DNA of 64,000 nt from a virus. The position numbers and the translations under genes are program-made. Where the stretch lies: positions 32,001 to 96,000 of the IMG/VR virus record IMGVR_UViG_3300032401_000690, one strand, 5' to 3'. Each line of letters opens with the position of its first letter. Within the stretch, counting starts at the first letter, position 1. This document shows, one piece after another, positions 31,294 through 42,015 of this stretch. The notes beneath the pieces are model-generated. The model was not told where the DNA came from, searched no databases, and was given only the letters and a program-made list of their open reading frames with translations.

Positions 31294-32652
31294 ATGCCAC
31301 ACACAATAGAAATAACAGGAGCAACCGGAACACCACCATATTCAGTATATGTGTGTGATTCAACATTCACGTATTGTTATGTAGTAACAGGATCAACAAT
31401 GATCCCCCCAACATTTATCTTTGATGTTCCATCACCATTAGATGTTGCTTCTTCAGTTATTGTTAAAATTGTTGATGCGAATGGTTGTGAAACGTTTGAA
31501 CCATATTCTTGTCCTCCGACACCAACACCAACACCAACAATTACACCAACACCATCATCAACACCAACGGATCTGTGTTATTGTTTAATGGCAGTTAATT
31601 CGTCTATGGTTGCCGGTTCGTTTGATTATATTGATTGTGATGGTGTTTTACAAAAAAATATACCAGTACCAATTGGTGTGACGTATTATGCGTGTGGTTG
31701 GGCACCTACCAATTTGGTTAATGTGAGTGTTGGAATTGGGAACTTATGTTCTTTGAGTAGTTGTGTTCCCCCATTACCAAGTATGTCGGCAACACCTACA
31801 CCTACACCAACACCTACACAAACACCATTACCTGTTGCCTTTGTAAGTCTTTGGAGAACATCAAATACGTCAGCAGGATCAAGTACAAGTACTCAAGTAA
31901 CATTACCGTTAAACTCGTCAGGAACATATAACTTTGTTGTTGATTGGGGTGATGGTGGTCCAACAGACACAATTACCGTTTGGAATGATCTTGCAACAAC
32001 ACACACATATGGAGTATCTGGTGACTACACAATTACAATTACGGGAATTATAAATGGATTTAGGTTTAATAATGTTGGTGACAAATTAAAACTATTAAAT
32101 GTTACACAATGGGGACCACTTAATGTTGGTAATCTTGGTAATTATTTTAGAGGTTGCTCAAATTTAGATTTAAGTAGTGTTTCGGATGTTTTAGATATGG
32201 TTGGGACAACTAATTGCATTGAGTTCTTTAGAGGTTGTAGTTCATTAACATCAATAAATAATTTAGAGTTTTGGGATGTATCGTCAGTAATATTTATGAA
32301 TGGTATGTTTAGTCAATGTACTACGTTTAATCATAATATCTCAACTTGGAATGTATCTTCAGTAACAAATATGAATAGTATGTTTGTTGTAAGCACATCA
32401 TTTGATCAAGATCTAGGTTCGTGGGATGTTTCATTAGTAACCACTATGTTATTAATGTTTGGTTCGGCAACGTTATCAACACCAAATTACGATTCACTTT
32501 TAAATGGTTGGGCATCACTCGGAGGTTCATTACAAAGTGGTGTATCGTTTAACGGAGGAAATTCTGTTTATACGATTGCAACATCCGGTGTTAGTAGAGT
32601 ATACCTTACTGGTACCAAATTATGGACAATAAGTGATGGTGGTGGAATTTAA
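31294..32652 (+). CDS. Surface/virion protein with PT linkers, PKD-like domain and DUF285/BspA-like repeats
   Basis: VDWGDG...HTY..SGDYTITI (PKD); WDVSSV..M..MF repeats. Confidence 0.75.
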   Translation: MPHTIEITGATGTPPYSVYVCDSTFTYCYVVTGSTMIPPTFIFDVPSPLDVASSVIVKIVDANGCETFEPYSCPPTPTPTPTITPTPSSTPTDLCYCLMAVNSSMVAGSFDYIDCDGVLQKNIPVPIGVTYYACGWAPTNLVNVSVGIGNLCSLSSCVPPLPSMSATPTPTPTPTQTPLPVAFVSLWRTSNTSAGSSTSTQVTLPLNSSGTYNFVVDWGDGGPTDTITVWNDLATTHTYGVSGDYTITITGIINGFRFNNVGDKLKLLNVTQWGPLNVGNLGNYFRGCSNLDLSSVSDVLDMVGTTNCIEFFRGCSSLTSINNLEFWDVSSVIFMNGMFSQCTTFNHNISTWNVSSVTNMNSMFVVSTSFDQDLGSWDVSLVTTMLLMFGSATLSTPNYDSLLNGWASLGGSLQSGVSFNGGNSVYTIATSGVSRVYLTGTKLWTISDGGGI

Positions 32653-32704
32653 ATTTCTTATTTAGTTTTTTAATTAGTTTTTTATTTTTATCTAAAACTA
32701 ATTA

Positions 32705-33952
32705 ATGAAGATTTTTATTCAAATCGCTTCCTATCGTGATCCCCAACTTAACTTAACAATCAAAGATTGTATTGAAAATTCTAAACACCCAAAAAATTTA
32801 GTATTTGGGATAACTAATCAATACCACCCTGACGATAATTTTAATATTGACGAATTCCAAAATGATAAAAGATTTAGGATAGAAAATGTTTTATATTCGG
32901 AATCCAAAGGGGCTTGTTGGGCTCGGAATTTACTACAACAAAGATATGGTGGTGAAACGTACACACTACAAATTGATTCTCACATGAGGTTTGCCCCTAA
33001 TTGGGATGTTGAGATGATAAAAATGATTAAACAACTCCAAAAGAAGGGACATAAAAAACCTTTATTGACGGGGTATGTTTCTTCGTTTGACCCCGATAAT
33101 GATCCTGAAGGTAGGGTACAAGAACCTTGGAGAATGTCTTTTGATAGGTTTATACCTGAATCACCAATTTTTTTCTTACCCGAAGTAATTCCAAATTGGA
33201 AATCATTAACCGAACCAATACCATCAAGATTTTATTCCGCACACTTTTGTTTCACACTAGGACAATTTGCTTATGAAGTTCAGCATGATAAAAATTATTA
33301 TTTTCACGGTGAAGAAATATCCATAGGTGTTAGAGCATTCACCCACGGTTACGATCTGTTTCATATACATAAAGTTTTAATTTGGCACGAATATACCAGA
33401 AAAAATCGTATAAAATCTTGGGATGATGATAAGGTATGGTACGAAAAAAACAACAATTCACATTTAAGAAATAAAAAATTATTCTCAATGGATGGTGAAG
33501 TTTATAACTCAGAAGAATTTGGGATCTATGGTTTTGGAACTGAAAGAACATTAAAAGATTATGAACAATATTCTGGTGTTTTATTCTCAAAACGAGCAGT
33601 TCAACAATATACAATTGATAAACAATACCCCCCAAACCCATATACATACAACACAGAAGAAGAATGGTTAGATAGTTTTACGTCGGTATTCAAACATTGT
33701 ATTGACGTATCATTTAGTAGTGTTCCTGAAACTGATTATGATTTTTGGGTTGTAGCATTTCACAACGAAAAGGATGAAACATTACATAGACAAGATGCCG
33801 ATGTGAATGAAATAAACAGAATGAAACAAGACCCTGATGGATATTGTAAAGTATGGAGAGAGTTTAATACAACAGAAAAACCAAAGTATTGGGTTGTTTG
33901 GCCACATAGTTTATCAAAGGGGTGGTGCGAAAGAATAACAGGAAATTTATAA
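32705..33952 (+). CDS. GT60-like polypeptide N-acetylglucosaminyltransferase
   Basis: IFIQIASYRD, GACWAR, QIDSHMRF..WD, FHGEE...RAFTHGYD. Confidence 0.8.
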   Translation: MKIFIQIASYRDPQLNLTIKDCIENSKHPKNLVFGITNQYHPDDNFNIDEFQNDKRFRIENVLYSESKGACWARNLLQQRYGGETYTLQIDSHMRFAPNWDVEMIKMIKQLQKKGHKKPLLTGYVSSFDPDNDPEGRVQEPWRMSFDRFIPESPIFFLPEVIPNWKSLTEPIPSRFYSAHFCFTLGQFAYEVQHDKNYYFHGEEISIGVRAFTHGYDLFHIHKVLIWHEYTRKNRIKSWDDDKVWYEKNNNSHLRNKKLFSMDGEVYNSEEFGIYGFGTERTLKDYEQYSGVLFSKRAVQQYTIDKQYPPNPYTYNTEEEWLDSFTSVFKHCIDVSFSSVPETDYDFWVVAFHNEKDETLHRQDADVNEINRMKQDPDGYCKVWREFNTTEKPKYWVVWPHSLSKGWCERITGNL

Positions 33953-33955
33953 GGT

Positions 33956-34633
33956 ATGGAAATATTAGGAATTAAAATATCTAATAGAGGTTATTTTATT
34001 AATCTACCTGAAAGTATTGATAGATTGGAGAATGTTAATCAACAAATCATTAAATACGAATTAAAAAATTTAGAACGGGTTGAGGCAGTTACGGATCCTT
34101 GGCATCAAACATCTTGTACCAAAAGTCATAAAAAAGTTTTTGAGATTGCAAAATCAAGAAACGAAGAAATAATTACAGTATTTGAGGACGACTTTCAAAT
34201 TAACGATAAAATTAAATATTATAAAAATCAGGTTGATTTGTTACCAAAATTAGAAATGGTATTTAATGATTTAAAAATGGTTGAATGGGATGTTCTTTTG
34301 TTGGGTTGTAATCCAAAGTCGGATATCACCCCAATTACAAAACATTTAGGTGTTATTGATAAATGTTCTGGTGGGTGGGCATATATCATCAAAAAGAATG
34401 CATATGAATATATTCTAAATAATTTTGATTATAATAGAGATAGATTAGCAATTGATGATATTTTACCTTTATTAAACACTTGTGGGTTTAAAACAATAAC
34501 AACAATACCCATGTTGGTTCATCACGCAATTGGTTTTGAATCCACATTAGAACGAAAAGGCCCTGTTAATTACACCATTTGGATTGAGGGTAGTTGGGAT
34601 AAACATTATTATGGTATAACCAAAGAAATATGA
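33956..34633 (+). CDS. Glycosyltransferase family 25-like
   Basis: FINL...DR, CTKSH, VFEDD, WDVLLLG, AYII, IDD. Confidence 0.75.
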   Translation: MEILGIKISNRGYFINLPESIDRLENVNQQIIKYELKNLERVEAVTDPWHQTSCTKSHKKVFEIAKSRNEEIITVFEDDFQINDKIKYYKNQVDLLPKLEMVFNDLKMVEWDVLLLGCNPKSDITPITKHLGVIDKCSGGWAYIIKKNAYEYILNNFDYNRDRLAIDDILPLLNTCGFKTITTIPMLVHHAIGFESTLERKGPVNYTIWIEGSWDKHYYGITKEI

Positions 34634-36312
34634 TAACATTAGTAACAGGTTTATGGGATATAGGTAGAGGAGACCTTGATGAAGGTTGGTCAAGATCATA
34701 CCAACATTATTTGGATAAATTCAAAGAGTTGTTAAGTGTAAACAATAACCTCATCATTTTTGGTGATCAAGAGTTAAAAACTTTTGTGTCTCAACATAGA
34801 GACGATAATAATACCCAATTTATTTTGAGGGATTTAAGTTGGTTTAAAAATAATGAATACTACCCAATCATACAATCAATACGAACAAACCCAGAATGGT
34901 TTAACCAAGTTGGTTGGTTAGGTGGATCAACACAATCAAAATTGGAAATGTATAATCCTTTAGTTATGTCTAAAGTGTTTTTACTTAACGATGCAAAAAT
35001 ATTGGATAAGTTTAATTCTGATAAATTGTTTTGGATTGATGCTGGTTTAACAAATACCGTTCATCCAGGGTATTTTACTCACGATAAAGTATTGGATAAA
35101 ATTGATAAGTTATCTGATAAATTTTTATTTGTTTCTTTCCCATATGATGCGGAAACTGAAGTTCACGGGTTTAACTATAATGAAATGAAACGACTAACAA
35201 ATGCAACACCTAATATTGTTTGTCGTGGAGGATTTTTTGGTGGAGATAAGGATACAATATCACAAATGAATAGTTTGTATTATGGAATATTATTGGATAC
35301 CCTTAAACGGGGATTTATGGGAACAGAAGAAAGTTTATTCACAATACTTACTTATCAATATCCAAGTTTAATTGATTATTGTGAAATCAATTCAGATGGT
35401 TTAGTGTATAAATTTTTTGAGGATGTTAAAGATAATACAACAAATGTTAAAAATTTTAATTCAAACCCCATTGTTAATAAAACCAATAATAATAGGTTAG
35501 ACACTTCAAAAGTTGGTCTTTACGTTATAACATTTAATTCCCCAAAACAGTTTGAAACTTTAATTCAAAGTATGTTAGATTATGATCCTAATTTTATTAC
35601 ACGAACCAAAAAGTTTTTACTTGATAATTCAACCGACTTAACAACAACACCAAGATATATTGAACTATGTGATGAGTATGGGTTTGAACATATAAAGAAA
35701 GTTAATTTAGGTATTTGTGGGGGGAGACAATTTGTTTCAGACCATTTTAATGATTCCGATTTGGAAGTCGGAATATGGTCAGAAGATGATATGTTTTTTC
35801 AGAATAAACCGGGTGAAACTTGTCGTAATGGTTTTAATCGTTACACACCAAATTTATATCAAAAGTGTTTAGAAATATTAAAAAAAGAAAATTTTGATAT
35901 GCTCAAGTTAAATTTCACCGAATTTTACGGTGATAATTCAGTTTGTTGGCCGTGGTATAACACACCCCAAGATTTTAGACAAAAACATTGGACAAACAAT
36001 CCTACATTACCGGTGCAAGGGTTAGACCCTAACGCACCTTTAACAGAATTTAAAAATATTAAATCACATAAAGGTTTACCTTACGCGACAGGTGAAATTT
36101 ACTATTGTAATTGGACTCATTTTATTACAAAAGAAGGTAATCGTAAAATGTTCCAAGATACAAAATTCCAACATCCTTTTGAGAATACTTGGATGTCCCA
36201 CATTTATCAAGAAACCATAAAAGGAAAAATTAAGTCAGGATTGTTGTTATTAACACCAATAGAACATAAAAGATTTGATCACTATGACGGATCATTAAGA
36301 AAAGAATGTTAA
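34630..36312 (+). CDS. HtrL/WlaTC-like glycosyltransferase fused to a second GT-A-like domain
   Basis: TLVTGLWDI.R, FWIDAG, GGFFGG, GTEES; second domain LLDNS...NLGICGGRQ...SEDD. Confidence 0.7.
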   Translation: MITLVTGLWDIGRGDLDEGWSRSYQHYLDKFKELLSVNNNLIIFGDQELKTFVSQHRDDNNTQFILRDLSWFKNNEYYPIIQSIRTNPEWFNQVGWLGGSTQSKLEMYNPLVMSKVFLLNDAKILDKFNSDKLFWIDAGLTNTVHPGYFTHDKVLDKIDKLSDKFLFVSFPYDAETEVHGFNYNEMKRLTNATPNIVCRGGFFGGDKDTISQMNSLYYGILLDTLKRGFMGTEESLFTILTYQYPSLIDYCEINSDGLVYKFFEDVKDNTTNVKNFNSNPIVNKTNNNRLDTSKVGLYVITFNSPKQFETLIQSMLDYDPNFITRTKKFLLDNSTDLTTTPRYIELCDEYGFEHIKKVNLGICGGRQFVSDHFNDSDLEVGIWSEDDMFFQNKPGETCRNGFNRYTPNLYQKCLEILKKENFDMLKLNFTEFYGDNSVCWPWYNTPQDFRQKHWTNNPTLPVQGLDPNAPLTEFKNIKSHKGLPYATGEIYYCNWTHFITKEGNRKMFQDTKFQHPFENTWMSHIYQETIKGKIKSGLLLLTPIEHKRFDHYDGSLRKEC

Positions 36313-36348
36313 AATGTATTATTGATATATTTATAGTAAAAACTATAA

Positions 36349-36765
36349 ATGGAATTCTACCTTAAACGAAATGCTACGTTACCCGTTTTAAAACTCCAAA
36401 TAACGAAAGACGGAAGAAGTGACTATAATAAATTTATGGATATGATCGAAACCTCGGCGATTTTCTTTTCTATGGTAAATACTGAAACGGGAATACCCAA
36501 GATCACAACAAGGGCTGCCGGGTTTGTTGAAAAAATACAACTTGAACCAAATGCAACACCCGAATATTATATCTATTATAAATTTACATCAAGGGATACA
36601 AATAAGGTTGGTAGATATGAAGGTCAATTCTTATTAAGAAATGATGAGGGAACATTAATTTTACCGATCAGAGAACAATTATTTATCAATATCCAAGAAA
36701 GTTTTATTGCTGATGACCTACCTTATGAGAGTTGTTATGTTATTGAATTTCCTTGTTGTAATTAA
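36349..36765 (+). CDS. BppU N-terminal-like virion protein
   Basis: F.LK.N.TLP.L...YKF...DT..VG.Y.G.F pattern. Confidence 0.5.
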   Translation: MEFYLKRNATLPVLKLQITKDGRSDYNKFMDMIETSAIFFSMVNTETGIPKITTRAAGFVEKIQLEPNATPEYYIYYKFTSRDTNKVGRYEGQFLLRNDEGTLILPIREQLFINIQESFIADDLPYESCYVIEFPCCN

Positions 36766-36824
36766 AAACATTCACTAAAATCGGTATATTTATATAAAAA
36801 CATAAAACAAACAAAACAAAAAAA

Positions 36825-37061
36825 ATGAAAGTAGAAATTGCGAACCCAAAAACTATGGTTGTTGTTGCTGAACAAACAAAAACATTTAACTCATTAACAA
36901 TCAGACGTATGGTTGATTTCCCAGGACAAAAAAAGGTTATCGTTCATATTGAGGAAGCAAACGAACCTGTTGTATTATGGGAAGGTGCCTCTTATGACGC
37001 TATTGGTGAATGGACAAATGCTGATGTTATTGCTAAATTAAACACACTTTACACGGCATAA
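36825..37061 (+). CDS. Small hypothetical protein
   Basis: ORF with upstream TATTTATA and downstream hairpin. Confidence 0.65.
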   Translation: MKVEIANPKTMVVVAEQTKTFNSLTIRRMVDFPGQKKVIVHIEEANEPVVLWEGASYDAIGEWTNADVIAKLNTLYTA

Positions 37062-37070
37062 GAAATATTT

Positions 37071-37107
37071 AATATCCCCCGATGTTATTTAATGTTGGGG
37101 GGATATT
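37071..37107. terminator. Hairpin / probable terminator
   Basis: AATATCCCCC...GGGGGATATT inverted repeat. Confidence 0.55.
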
Positions 37108-37197
37108 GATAACCAACCTTTTTTATAATATATTTAAGTGTATAAGGTAAATGTCGGCAAGTACGACAGATAATGAACCAAACTTAAATATATTAAA

Positions 37198-40128
37198 ATG
37201 ATATCAGCAGAAGAAATTAAGGCCTTTCTTGAGGGGTCTGATCCTGAACAACACATTGTTTCAGTGGAATTTGATTACGCATCCAATTGTGTATATAAAA
37301 TCAAAGAAGTTCCCGGTCAAGGGAAAACAATACAAAAAGAAAGTTTTATTGCATTTGCTTGGGTAGGAGATCTACGTGGGTTAAATTTTTATGGTTCATC
37401 AAAAGATAACCAAAAAGAGGCGATGACCAAATATGGTATTGTGATTGAGAAATTACGAACCGATGGTAATGAACGATTAGAGAATGGTTTAACATTTTTG
37501 GTTAAGTCATTAAAAGGATATAGAGAACTTATACAATTCTTTAAAGATGGTGGTTTAGATCCTTGGGGTGAGAAATGTAAGGATAAGATAACGGTTTTAT
37601 CACCGGTGGAACAATACCTTGTTTCAAAGGAGAAAAGATTATTTAAGGGGTTTGAGGAATACAACGATATTACCAGATTTGGATTTGACCTTGAAACGAC
37701 CTCTTTGGAACCAAAGGATGGTCGTATCTTTATGATTGGGATGAAAACCAATAAAGGGTTCAAAAAAGTAATAGAATGTTCAAATGAAGATGAGGAGAGA
37801 CGAGGTCTTGTGGAATTCTTCAGAACAATAGATGAACTTAAACCATCAATTATTGCGGGATATAACTCAGCAAACTTTGACTGGTTTTGGATATTTGAGA
37901 GATGTAAGGCTCTGAATTTAGATATTAAGAAAATTGCAATATCATTAAACCCAAAGAAAACAATATCCCAAAAGGAATCAATGTTAAAACTTGCAAATGA
38001 GGTTGAAAGATTTAATCAGGTTCAATTGTGGGGTTATAATGTAATTGATATTATTCACTCAGTTCGTAGATCACAGGCAATCAATTCAAACATTAAAGAA
38101 GCGGGTTTGAAATACATCACAAAGTTTATTGATGCCGAAGCCAAAGATCGTATATATATTGACCACACAAAGATTGGTCCTATGTATGCCGACAAAGATG
38201 ATTATTGGCTAAACATAGAAAATGGTAATTACCGTAAATGTGGTATTGATTCCAAGATTGATGAGGTTTGTTTTAGACGAGGAGACACTTACATAAAAAC
38301 AACGGGGGATGATATTGTTGAGAGATATCTTGACGATGACCTTGAGGAGACATTGATTGTTGATGACGAATTTAACCAAGCAACGTTTCTATTGGCATCA
38401 TTGGTTCCAACAACTTATGAACGAGTTTCAACCATTGGAACTGCATCTCTTTGGAAGATGGTTATGTTAGCATGGTCATATAAACATGGGTTGGCAATTC
38501 CAAAGAAAGAAGAGAAAAGAAACTTTGTTGGTGGTTTATCACGTTTATTAAAGGTGGGATATTCTAAAGATGTATTAAAACTTGACTACTCTTCACTATA
38601 TCCATCAATTCAGTTAGTACACGATATATTTCCTGAATGTGATATTACAGGGGCAATGAAAGGATTTTTAACATACTTCCGTAATTCTCGTATTATGTTT
38701 AAGAATTTGGCGGCAGAATATAAAAACACCGATAAAAAGAAATCAACGTCTTATGACCGTAAACAATTACCTATTAAGATTTTCATCAACGCATTCTTTG
38801 GATCGTTATCGGCACCTCACGTATTTCCTTGGGGTGATATAAATATGGGGGAAGAAATAACCTGTACGGGGAGACAATATTTAAGACAAATGGTTAAATT
38901 TTTTACAAAACGAGGATATACCGCATCAGTGTTAGATACTGATGGTGTTAACTTTTCACTACCTGAAGGGGGTGTTGATGATAGGGTTTATATTGGGAAA
39001 GGAAATAACCCATTAATTAAAGAAGGTAAAGAATATACAGGATATGATGCGGATGTTGCAGAATTTAACGACATCTTTATGAAACGGGAGATGTTTTTAG
39101 ATTGTGATGGGACTTGGGATTCTTGTATTAACTTGGCTCGTAAGAACTATGCAACGATGGAACATAATGGTAAAGTTAAATTGACGGGTAATAGTATTAA
39201 GTCCAAAAAAATGCCAAAATATATTGAGAAGTTTTTGGATAAGGGTGTTAAACAATTACTTAAAGGTGAGGGTAAGGAATTTATTGAGTGGTATTATGAG
39301 TATATCCAAAAGATTTTTGATCAAAGAGTTCCATTGGCAGAAATTGCATCAAAGGCAAGAGTTAAAACAAGTGTTGATGGTTATATTACACGTAGTAAGC
39401 AAACAACAAAGTCGGGTAGTTTAATGTCCCGACAAGCGCATATGGAACTTATCATTAGAGATAAAATACAATCAAATCTTGGGGACACAATTTTTTATGT
39501 GAATAACGGAACTAAAGCGTCTCACGGAGATGTTCAGAAAGTTAATAAACCAAAGGCCGGTTGGAATAATGATCAGATAAATTTATTTTTTTCTGATTCT
39601 ACAAAATCTAAAGTATCTTTTAAAGAAAAGGAAACTTTTCTACTTAACAATGGTTGGGAGCAATCTTGGTCTGACGATAACTGGGTACGTAGTAATTCTA
39701 AGTATAAAGAGGCGAATAGTGGAACACCAACAGATATCGCATATAAAATGTCTAGTGCGGATTCTGTTGTTCAATTAAATTGTTATCGTATTGAACCATC
39801 TGATTTAGAAAACAACCCTGAGATGTTAGGTGAATATAATATCCAAAGAGCAATTGCAACTTTTAATAAACGAGTTGAACCATTACTAATTGTTTTTAGT
39901 AATGAGGTTAGAGATTCGTTATTAGTTAAAAATCCGGAGGATAGATGTTTTTATACTTCGGGGCAATGCGTATTAACAAATGGTAACCCATTTAAACCTG
40001 AAGATCAAGATGATTTGGTTGATCTATTAACTGTAACACCAGAAGAATTGGATTTCTGGACTAATGTTGGTATTAGCCCCGACCATATATATGACTTAGC
40101 GGAAAATGGGTGGGAAGAACATATATAA
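37198..40128 (+). CDS. Family B DNA polymerase
   Basis: Exo FDLETT, YNSANFD; pol LDYSSLYPS, KIFINAFFG, DTDG, KNYA. Confidence 0.95.
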   Translation: MISAEEIKAFLEGSDPEQHIVSVEFDYASNCVYKIKEVPGQGKTIQKESFIAFAWVGDLRGLNFYGSSKDNQKEAMTKYGIVIEKLRTDGNERLENGLTFLVKSLKGYRELIQFFKDGGLDPWGEKCKDKITVLSPVEQYLVSKEKRLFKGFEEYNDITRFGFDLETTSLEPKDGRIFMIGMKTNKGFKKVIECSNEDEERRGLVEFFRTIDELKPSIIAGYNSANFDWFWIFERCKALNLDIKKIAISLNPKKTISQKESMLKLANEVERFNQVQLWGYNVIDIIHSVRRSQAINSNIKEAGLKYITKFIDAEAKDRIYIDHTKIGPMYADKDDYWLNIENGNYRKCGIDSKIDEVCFRRGDTYIKTTGDDIVERYLDDDLEETLIVDDEFNQATFLLASLVPTTYERVSTIGTASLWKMVMLAWSYKHGLAIPKKEEKRNFVGGLSRLLKVGYSKDVLKLDYSSLYPSIQLVHDIFPECDITGAMKGFLTYFRNSRIMFKNLAAEYKNTDKKKSTSYDRKQLPIKIFINAFFGSLSAPHVFPWGDINMGEEITCTGRQYLRQMVKFFTKRGYTASVLDTDGVNFSLPEGGVDDRVYIGKGNNPLIKEGKEYTGYDADVAEFNDIFMKREMFLDCDGTWDSCINLARKNYATMEHNGKVKLTGNSIKSKKMPKYIEKFLDKGVKQLLKGEGKEFIEWYYEYIQKIFDQRVPLAEIASKARVKTSVDGYITRSKQTTKSGSLMSRQAHMELIIRDKIQSNLGDTIFYVNNGTKASHGDVQKVNKPKAGWNNDQINLFFSDSTKSKVSFKEKETFLLNNGWEQSWSDDNWVRSNSKYKEANSGTPTDIAYKMSSADSVVQLNCYRIEPSDLENNPEMLGEYNIQRAIATFNKRVEPLLIVFSNEVRDSLLVKNPEDRCFYTSGQCVLTNGNPFKPEDQDDLVDLLTVTPEELDFWTNVGISPDHIYDLAENGWEEHI

Positions 40129-40129
40129 G

Positions 40130-40486
40130 TTAGTTTAACTTTAGACCATCAGAACTGATAATGTACCAATTTCCCTCAACAAAACTTAAATGGACACACG
40201 CACCTTTATCTAATTGTAGTTCGTCCCATTCTTCATCAATTTTACCTAAATCGGGTTTTATCAGGGTGGTAGTTAAAGATTTAATTATCACCGACTGATT
40301 TACCTCAGAATTTAATACAATTTCTGAAGATTCAATATCTTTTACGATCACCAACATTTCTTCACCTGTTGTGTAATTTTCCTCTTTAACCACTTTTTCG
40401 GTAACCACATTTTTAGATGGTATAACTACGTGGGTTTGATATCTAACCACATTTTTTCTTTGTGATATATTTTCTATTTTTATCAT
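40130..40486 (-). CDS. Hypothetical virion protein
   Basis: ORF coupled to the neck gene. Confidence 0.6.
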   Translation of the reverse strand: MIKIENISQRKNVVRYQTHVVIPSKNVVTEKVVKEENYTTGEEMLVIVKDIESSEIVLNSEVNQSVIIKSLTTTLIKPDLGKIDEEWDELQLDKGACVHLSFVEGNWYIISSDGLKLN

Positions 40487-41610
40487 ATTACATAAATTTG
40501 TCTTGGCATTGCTCGGAATTTTAATGATTTATTTAAATTCTCAGCAATTAATGCTTCTCGTTCCATTACTTTGTCAGGTCTTAACCTTGTTAATTTACCT
40601 TCCACTCCGATTAGTTCCTCAATTAATTTTGTTTTTTCATCTTTTCCTTCAGTTGCTAGTGATGCATAATCCATAGTTAATTCAGAGTCAGGTGTTTTTA
40701 AGTTACCACTATATTTACCTCTAACTTTAGCAAGTGTTTCTTTACAATATGCTATAAACCAATTTCTAACCCAAACTTGTGCAGGGTGATTTAGATCCGT
40801 CCAAGAGATACTATCTAAAGGAACGTCAGATGGTAATTTAATTATGTCGGGATTATCTTTTAAACATTTGTCTCTACCACCTTCAGTAGTGTCATAATAC
40901 CAATACCAAACTTTACCTCTTGTCATTGTTCCATTACCAAAATCAAATTTACCTCCGGGAGTATTCATTAAGTGAATTGCCTTTTTACCTCCGGGTAATG
41001 CGGTGATTCTATATGTTAAATCTCCGGCAATAACTCTTCTTTGGATATTAATTTCTTGTGCTCTTAATAACATATCAAATACGGGCATCATAAAATAACT
41101 TCCACCACTACCACCCATTTGTGCAAGACCTCCACCTCCTCCGAGACCTCCACCATATCCTAACGATCCGAACGACCAAGGATCAAACATTGTATTATTT
41201 AATGTTGCTGGTGTAAACCATAGAAGTTCATTAATTTCTCTACCTGCAGGTATTTCATAAATTTGTTGGTTATGAACTAATTGGATATAATCCTTTTTAA
41301 GTTCCCACTCACCACCGGCTTGTAGACCAACAATTTTTGAATATGCGTATGTGTATCTTGTTTCGTAATCTAAACTTTTAGTAACGAATGCTCTTGCAAC
41401 TGATTGTGTTTCAATATTTAAATTATGAAGACTTGTCCATTGAGATTCTATTAACCAATCTTGAACATATTGAGAATATTGGTCAATAGAGAATTCTAAC
41501 AACGTATCCATTTGTTCGTCCTCCAATTCTATACCTCTTAATGGGGCACCAAGTACGTGTTTAACTTGTGTGTATAGTTTGGATCTTTCTGGCTCTGGTA
41601 TGATTGACAT
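40483..41610 (-). CDS. Neck/head-tail adaptor protein (T4 gp13-like)
   Basis: LGAP...IELEDEQ N-terminus; WV..W..A.CKE.L..VRGKY C-terminus. Confidence 0.65.
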   Translation of the reverse strand: MSIIPEPERSKLYTQVKHVLGAPLRGIELEDEQMDTLLEFSIDQYSQYVQDWLIESQWTSLHNLNIETQSVARAFVTKSLDYETRYTYAYSKIVGLQAGGEWELKKDYIQLVHNQQIYEIPAGREINELLWFTPATLNNTMFDPWSFGSLGYGGGLGGGGGLAQMGGSGGSYFMMPVFDMLLRAQEINIQRRVIAGDLTYRITALPGGKKAIHLMNTPGGKFDFGNGTMTRGKVWYWYYDTTEGGRDKCLKDNPDIIKLPSDVPLDSISWTDLNHPAQVWVRNWFIAYCKETLAKVRGKYSGNLKTPDSELTMDYASLATEGKDEKTKLIEELIGVEGKLTRLRPDKVMEREALIAENLNKSLKFRAMPRQIYVI

Positions 41611-41664
41611 AGTGTTGGTTTTTATTATAAATATCCAACTAAATAAAAACTATTTATTTATGGG

Positions 41665-41753
41665 TTAAATTATAGGTTTCCTCCGACTGTTATTTTTATA
41701 TCATACGAGACACAACTGGTGGGTGTCCCCCCAAATTATAGGTATCTTCCAAC
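41665..41753 (-). CRISPR. CRISPR-like mini-array 3 (degenerate): repeat 41718-41753, 30-bp spacer, truncated repeat ~41665-41687
   Basis: GTTGGAAGATACCTATAATTTGGGGGGACACCCACC plus half repeat GTCGGAGGAAACCTATAATTTAA. Confidence 0.55.
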
Positions 41754-42007
41754 CATATACTGAGTATATCCCTTGTTTGTGAGTCATCTAACCCAAAAAT
41801 GTTTTTAAAAAACGACCAAAGTCTTTCTCTATTTATAAACACAAACCCATTTTTAATATTATGACGATAGAAAAATAACGGTCTTAGGTCTCTATCAACA
41901 TAAAATGTTTTATCACCTTTAACCTCCGGAGTTAAATCACCAAACTCTTTGTGTAACCACTTAAACACCAATCTGTCCCTACTACTTTCAGTTATTATTA
42001 TTTTCAT
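41696..42007 (-). CDS. Array-associated small protein, paralog 3 (MKIIITES family)
   Basis: Paralog of 42286..42624; ends WLEDTYNLGGHPP, encoded by the repeat. Confidence 0.75.
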   Translation of the reverse strand: MKIIITESSRDRLVFKWLHKEFGDLTPEVKGDKTFYVDRDLRPLFFYRHNIKNGFVFINRERLWSFFKNIFGLDDSQTRDILSIWLEDTYNLGGHPPVVSRMI

Positions 42008-42015
42008 ATCATTTT

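Noticed and set aside
37198-40128. Intein or intron in the DNA polymerase
   Set aside because: Polymerase motifs are contiguous and no intein termini were found.
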